From assembly GCA_002430755.1 (NCBI GenBank), contig DJCX01000081.1, positions 23,148-57,629 of the forward strand: a DNA stretch of 34,482 nucleotides, in the 5' to 3' direction. The translations under genes were made by a program, and so were the position numbers. The notes below the pieces were generated by a model. That model saw nothing but the letters and a program-made list of their open reading frames with translations, searched no databases and was not told where the DNA came from. Within the stretch, counting starts at the first letter, position 1; the number at the start of each line of letters is the position of its first letter. Below are positions 29,747 to 34,482 of the stretch, piece after piece. This stretch comes from Flavobacteriales bacterium UBA5939. GTDB taxonomy: Bacteria; Bacteroidota; Bacteroidia; Flavobacteriales; Schleiferiaceae.

Positions 29747-31053
29747 TGAAAGAAGTAAGTATTTTTTGGTTTAGACGCGACCTTAGGCTGGAGGACAACG
29801 CCGGACTTTGGAAAGCACTGAAAAGTGGGCATCCTGTGGTGCCTATTTTCATTTTTGATAGAAACATCTTAGATAAACTCGAGGATAAATCTGATGCTCG
29901 AGTATCGTTCTTACATCAACGATTGACAGAGATACAAGACCAGTTAACAGGTATAGGTAGCTCTTTACACGTATTCTATGGCACCCCAGAGGAGGCCATG
30001 AATATTCTTAATCAAACGTATACTGTAAAAAGTGTATTTCTGAATCGTGACTATGAACCCTATGCTCGTGAGCGAGATGAAGATGTTTTCAAATACTGGA
30101 GTGAGCATGATGTTCCTGTGGTCGGGGCGAAAGATCATGTCATTTTTGAAAAGAACGAAGTAGTGAAAGGGGACGGCACACCGTATCTAGTATTTAGTCC
30201 CTACGGTAAGGCCTGGCGCAAGAAACTGACCGACTATCATGCTAAAGCTTATCCCAATACCAAGTATTTCAAGAATTTCCTAAGACAAAAGCCATTAGCT
30301 ATTCCGACATTGGAGTCAATGGGTTTTATACGCACTGAGGTTTCATTGCCATCTTCTATTGTAGACGAGAGTATTATTGAGACGTACGATGCTACCCGTA
30401 ATTTCCCTGCCAATGAAAAGGGGACGACTAGACTTGGTATGCATTTAAGATTCGGATCAATCTCCGTGCGAAGCCTTCTGCGTAAAGGGCTTGTTAGTAA
30501 TGACACTTTCGTCAACGAACTCATATGGAGGGATTTCTTTCAAATGGCTTTGTATTATTTCCCGGAGAGTCGAGAAAAGGCTATTAAACCGAAATATGAC
30601 CTTATTCCGTGGGAAACCAATATGGAACATTTCAAAGCTTGGTGCGAGGGTAGGACAGGATATCCAATTGTAGACGCAGGTATGCGAGAATTGAACACTA
30701 CGGGCTATATGCACAATCGTGTCCGAATGATTGTAGCCAGTTTTCTGACAAAGCATTTGCTCATAGATTGGAGACTAGGGGAGCGCTACTTCGCAGAAAA
30801 GCTATTGGATTTTGATTTGGCCAGCAACATAGGCGGTTGGCAATGGGCTAGTGGATCGGGGCTGGATGCTGCACCATATTTCAGAGTATTCAATCCAACC
30901 TCTCAACTTGAGAAGTTTGACAAACAACTAAAGTATGTCAAACGCTGGGTTCCAGAATATGGTACAACCCAATATCCAGAGCCTATTGTTGAGCACAAAT
31001 GGGCTAGAGAAAGATGTTTAGAACGATTTAAGACAGCTTTGGCGAGCGCTTAA
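29743..31053 (+). CDS. deoxyribodipyrimidine photolyase, class I CPD type
   Basis: 436 aa. Motifs [78 protein letters not shown] is the class I pattern rather than the CRY-DASH GNW pattern. ATGA-type overlap with the folE stop. Confidence 0.88.
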   Translation: MMKEVSIFWFRRDLRLEDNAGLWKALKSGHPVVPIFIFDRNILDKLEDKSDARVSFLHQRLTEIQDQLTGIGSSLHVFYGTPEEAMNILNQTYTVKSVFLNRDYEPYARERDEDVFKYWSEHDVPVVGAKDHVIFEKNEVVKGDGTPYLVFSPYGKAWRKKLTDYHAKAYPNTKYFKNFLRQKPLAIPTLESMGFIRTEVSLPSSIVDESIIETYDATRNFPANEKGTTRLGMHLRFGSISVRSLLRKGLVSNDTFVNELIWRDFFQMALYYFPESREKAIKPKYDLIPWETNMEHFKAWCEGRTGYPIVDAGMRELNTTGYMHNRVRMIVASFLTKHLLIDWRLGERYFAEKLLDFDLASNIGGWQWASGSGLDAAPYFRVFNPTSQLEKFDKQLKYVKRWVPEYGTTQYPEPIVEHKWARERCLERFKTALASA

Positions 31054-32477
31054 GCTTCCTGAGCTTCGCCTGTATATCCGAAGAGTTTTTTGTCTCGAAT
31101 TACGTGATGTACATATTCAGGCAGACAATCTGACCAACCTTCCTCACCAGTGCGTATTTGATTTAATACCTCTCGCGAGAATATGTTAGTAATGTCGTGA
31201 TCGAAGTCTTCGATGTCAAGGATTCTATTGTGGAAGATGAGATAGTCGATGATAGGTCGAAAACGAGGATGTACTTCCGCATCTTCCTTACGCATGATTT
31301 TCTCCTCATTTTCGTGATCAATGAAAGGATATACCAGTATTTTCAAGTCCTTCGAGAATATGCGTCCAAATGCTTCTAAAATCCCACCCTGCAAGCCTCG
31401 GTAGTATTTGTCCTTAAATAACTCCGTAAGGTTATTTACACCCATCACCAATCCTTGACGCTTTTTGGAGAAACGGCCAAAGTAATCTACGAGCTTATAG
31501 TACTCTTGATAATTCGAAATAAGAACAGTCTGACCCAAGGCACACAAGATTTCGGCCCTGTCTAAGAAGTCTTGTTCATCGAGTTCTCCGTCAGCTAACA
31601 AATTGTTCAAGGTGATTTCCCACAACACGACAGTTTTATCTGCATCGACCTTCTTATCGTTGGTAAACATGTCGTAACCACATTTGATCATGTCCATATT
31701 TACCTTGGTCACAGGTCTAAAAGAACCACGCATTGCTAGCACATGCTTTTTATAGAGCAATTCAGCCGGTAAGAGGTTATTTCCTTCTGGTCCAAAAATG
31801 ACTGCGTCGGTGTAGCCGTTCTTAATCAATTGAAGAGACATTAAACGATTGTCCACTTCCGCGAAATCAGGGCCATTGAAGTTGATTAAATCAATCTCAA
31901 TAGCGTCTTTATCAATATTGTCGTAAAGGCTCTCTAGAAAAAGCTTAGGGTCTTCGTAAAACTTATAAGCTCCGTAAATAAGGTTAGTTCCAAGACGTCC
32001 AACAGTTTCTTGTTGGTGTTTAGCCTCGTTTTCGTGTAATCGAAAGTGCAGGATTATATCGTTGGTTTCTTTCGTAGGATTAGTCTGGAATCGAATACCC
32101 ATCCAACCGTGACCTTTGAACGTCTTCGCAAAGTTGATCGTGGCAACAGTATTTGCATAGGCGAAGTAGGTCTTACTAGGGTGCTTGGCTCTATCAAGAC
32201 GCTTTTCGATCAAACCGTATTCGTGACGAAGCATCTTCTGTAACCTACTTTGAGTGACGTAACGTTTGTCCTCTTCAATACCGTAAATATCATCTGAGAA
32301 TGCTTTATCATAGGCACTCATTGCTTTTGCAATTGTACCTGAAGCAGCACCGGCTCTAAAAAATTCACGGACCGTCTCTTGACCTGCACCAATTTCAGCG
32401 AAAGTGCCGTAGATGTCTGAGTTAAGATTGATTTTCAGCGCTTTCTGCGCAGTGGTATGGATGGTTCTTGGCGTCAT
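31050..32477 (-). CDS. conserved hypothetical protein, 475 aa, function unknown
   Basis: A long uninterrupted ORF with non-repetitive, globular-looking sequence. The N-terminal motif is YGTFAEIGAGQETVREFFRAGAASGTIAKAMSAYDK. I recognise no signal peptide, TM segment or catalytic signature. Confidence 0.6.
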   Translation of the reverse strand: MTPRTIHTTAQKALKINLNSDIYGTFAEIGAGQETVREFFRAGAASGTIAKAMSAYDKAFSDDIYGIEEDKRYVTQSRLQKMLRHEYGLIEKRLDRAKHPSKTYFAYANTVATINFAKTFKGHGWMGIRFQTNPTKETNDIILHFRLHENEAKHQQETVGRLGTNLIYGAYKFYEDPKLFLESLYDNIDKDAIEIDLINFNGPDFAEVDNRLMSLQLIKNGYTDAVIFGPEGNNLLPAELLYKKHVLAMRGSFRPVTKVNMDMIKCGYDMFTNDKKVDADKTVVLWEITLNNLLADGELDEQDFLDRAEILCALGQTVLISNYQEYYKLVDYFGRFSKKRQGLVMGVNNLTELFKDKYYRGLQGGILEAFGRIFSKDLKILVYPFIDHENEEKIMRKEDAEVHPRFRPIIDYLIFHNRILDIEDFDHDITNIFSREVLNQIRTGEEGWSDCLPEYVHHVIRDKKLFGYTGEAQEA

Positions 32478-32571
32478 TAATCCTGCTGAGATTAGTTCTT
32501 GGTGCTAATTTAAAACTTCCTAACTTCGATAAGTCCGTTTTCCAAAGGAAAATGCGCAAAAAGTAGACCAA

Positions 32572-33354
32572 ATGAGCAAGAAAAGCGGAACACTATATTT
32601 CTTAGGTACGGGAACCTCCCAAGGCGTACCAGTTATAGGCTGCTCTTGTGAGGTCTGTACTAGTTTAAACCCCAAGGATTGTCGCAGTAGAAGTTCGGTG
32701 CATATCGTGTATGATGGTGTACATCTTCAGATAGATACTGGACCCGATTTTAGGCAGCAGATGCTCAATGCAGAGTTAACTCACGTAGATGCCGTTCTAT
32801 TTACTCACGAGCATCAGGATCACATTGCTGGACTAGATGATACTCGCCCTGTCATCTTTAGAACGGGTAGTGAAATGTTGGTTTATGGTCAACAACGAGT
32901 CATCAATAGAATTAAGAAGGTATACGACTATGCATTTGAGCCGCAGCCATATCCCGGAGCACCTCGGATACATGCTACTCCAGTACAAGATGGTCAAAAA
33001 TTTAGTGTGAAAGGGATTGATATTCAATCTCTTCCGGTAATTCACGGACGACTCCCAATCTTGGGATATCGGATAGGGGGGATGGCTTATTTGACGGATA
33101 CGAATCATATTCCGGAACCAACGTATGAATTACTTGAAGGGTTAGACGTTTTGGTTATTGATGCATTGCACCACAGAGACCACTTCAGTCATTACACGCT
33201 CGAACAGGCCGTCGAACAAGCAAAGAAAATTGGTGCAAAACAAACGTACTTCATCCACATGAGTCACTACATGGGACTACACGAAACAGTATCCAATAAA
33301 CTGCCAAAAAATATGTACTTGTCCTATGACGGACTAGAGATCTACTTTAATTAA
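32572..33354 (+). CDS. MBL-fold metallo-hydrolase, PhnP-like phosphodiesterase
   Basis: 260 aa. HxHxDH motif (THEHQDH) and an N-terminal Cys cluster GCSCEVCTS...C, like the structural Zn site of PhnP. Confidence 0.78.
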   Translation: MSKKSGTLYFLGTGTSQGVPVIGCSCEVCTSLNPKDCRSRSSVHIVYDGVHLQIDTGPDFRQQMLNAELTHVDAVLFTHEHQDHIAGLDDTRPVIFRTGSEMLVYGQQRVINRIKKVYDYAFEPQPYPGAPRIHATPVQDGQKFSVKGIDIQSLPVIHGRLPILGYRIGGMAYLTDTNHIPEPTYELLEGLDVLVIDALHHRDHFSHYTLEQAVEQAKKIGAKQTYFIHMSHYMGLHETVSNKLPKNMYLSYDGLEIYFN

Positions 33355-34482
33355 GCGTGGAGTGATAAATAACTACCCTTCACGTAAACACCTTTAACAA
33401 AGTTATTTACATCCAATCCTTTAAATGGATTGTTGAAAGCTTTCGACCCCATAGCTGTGATCTGTTCTCTCCCATAGGTGATGATGGTAAACTCTGCCGT
33501 TGCACCTTCTTGAATGGTTAATTCTGGAAGATTCAATAATGACCTAGGCACTGTACTCAGCTTCTCTTGCAAGAGTTCTTCTGTAACCTCGTATCGATCT
33601 AATAACGCACTCACAGCACCTTCCAACCCGGCCATTCCAAATTCGGCATTGTCAAACTCACATTGCTTTTGCTCAATGTCCTTGGGAAGATGATCAACAG
33701 CAATACAATCTATCGTACCGTCTACAACGGCTTCCCATAGAACGCTACGCTCTACATCTGTCCGGATAGGTGGGGATACCTTCAGTGCTGTATTGTAGTT
33801 TTCTAAATCCTCATCAGTGAAGATTAGGTGGTGAATATTGACACTTGCTGTGACATTCAATCCTCTGGATTTGGCGTCACGAATACACTCAACGCCCTCA
33901 ACAGTGCTGACTGAGGCAATGTGCATAGCACCTTCGGTATATTCAAGAATACTTAAATCGCGCTGTATCTGTGTACTTTCTGAAACTACTGGAATACCCT
34001 TTAACCCAATGTAAGTGCTTGTTGCACCTTCGTGCATCTTTCCGTTAGCACTTAGCTCATGATTTTCAGGGTGAACCATAACTCTACCAAAGGGCTTGGT
34101 GTACAAAAGCCCTAATTTGAGAAGATTGGCATTTGAAACTCCTTGCTTGTAGTCACCGAATAGATGGGCGCCTAACTGATTCATTTCGAACATCTCGCTG
34201 AGCTCTTCTCCCTTACGACCTTTAGACAAGGTTCCTACTGGCACCAAGTGTATTGGTAGTGCTTCTGATTTATTCAGTATAAACTCAACACCTGTTTTGC
34301 TTTCATAATGTGGGTGACCGTTACTAACAACACCCACTGCAGTAAAGCCTCCAGAAGCTGCTGCTGCAGAACCGCTTACTAAATCTTCAGATTCCTCGTT
34401 ACCAGGTTCTCCCAAATCCGAATGCAATTCTGCAAAACCAGTGGTAAGCCAACAACCTTTAAGGTCTATGACACCTTCAGCT
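33351..34482 (-). CDS. dihydroorotase-like amidohydrolase, 5'-truncated by the window end. Metal ligands are degenerate, so it may be non-catalytic.
   Basis: The frame stays open to position 34481 (AEGVIDLKGCWLTTGFAELHSDLGEPG...). The track's M at 34427 is an internal TTG. It is homologous to type I DHOase, but HxH reads HSD, HxxHVST reads HIASVST and TDHAPH reads VDHLPK. Confidence 0.75.
   Translation of the reverse strand, partial: AEGVIDLKGCWLTTGFAELHSDLGEPGNEESEDLVSGSAAAASGGFTAVGVVSNGHPHYESKTGVEFILNKSEALPIHLVPVGTLSKGRKGEELSEMFEMNQLGAHLFGDYKQGVSNANLLKLGLLYTKPFGRVMVHPENHELSANGKMHEGATSTYIGLKGIPVVSESTQIQRDLSILEYTEGAMHIASVSTVEGVECIRDAKSRGLNVTASVNIHHLIFTDEDLENYNTALKVSPPIRTDVERSVLWEAVVDGTIDCIAVDHLPKDIEQKQCEFDNAEFGMAGLEGAVSALLDRYEVTEELLQEKLSTVPRSLLNLPELTIQEGATAEFTIITYGREQITAMGSKAFNNPFKGLDVNNFVKGVYVKGSYLSLHA

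Noticed and set aside
29743-31053. Calling the photolyase homolog a CRY-DASH cryptochrome
   Set aside because: The FAD-pocket region reads [16 protein letters not shown], the class I GGWQW pattern as in E. coli Phr. It is not the DYD..SN.GNW pattern I associate with CRY-DASH. Phylogeny would settle it.
34425-34427. Start codon of the last ORF as given in the track (M at 34427)
   Set aside because: The codon is TTG inside a frame that stays open to the window edge. The upstream residues (GVIDLKGCWLTTGFAE) match the conserved DHOase N-terminal strand, so the gene is 5'-truncated and does not start here.

Overview
This window is a compact, almost fully coding chromosomal segment around dnaA, most likely from a Bacteroidota (Flavobacteriia-like) genome. 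The phylum call rests on three things: a T9SS C-terminal sorting domain on a secreted protease, the bamD-rpoZ-coaBC-DUF4835-recN synteny, and several exact TAnnTTTG (-7) promoter motifs. I support 34 CDS, two of them truncated at the window edges, plus three intrinsic terminators and a few candidate promoters. Most genes are core housekeeping: purA', fur, relA/spoT, dnaA, ribD, prmC, ligA, dapA, lpxH-like, bamD, rpoZ, coaBC, recN, fabI and prfC. I saw no rRNA, tRNA, CRISPR array, IS/transposase, integrase or recognisable defence or toxin-antitoxin module. The most interesting block is 24310-31053. A MerR regulator there carries the full AdoB12 photoreceptor signature (Wx9EH plus ExHxxG, CarH/LitR type). 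It is followed by an ECF sigma factor with no anti-sigma partner. Behind that sits a tightly coupled string: crtI-crtB-idi, then an animal-type 6-pyruvoyl-tetrahydropterin synthase, folE and a class I CPD photolyase. I read this as one light-response operon that joins photoprotection, pterin synthesis and photorepair. Each part belongs to a known family, so this is a noteworthy architecture rather than a clearly novel system. Secondary observations are:
- a dihydroorotase-like gene with degenerate metal ligands
- an uncharacterised 475-aa conserved protein abutting the light operon
- palindromes and a hairpin upstream of dnaA, without convincing DnaA-box clusters
- several convergent gene pairs whose stop codons overlap and leave no room for a terminator
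I found no strong evidence for an undescribed system beyond these.
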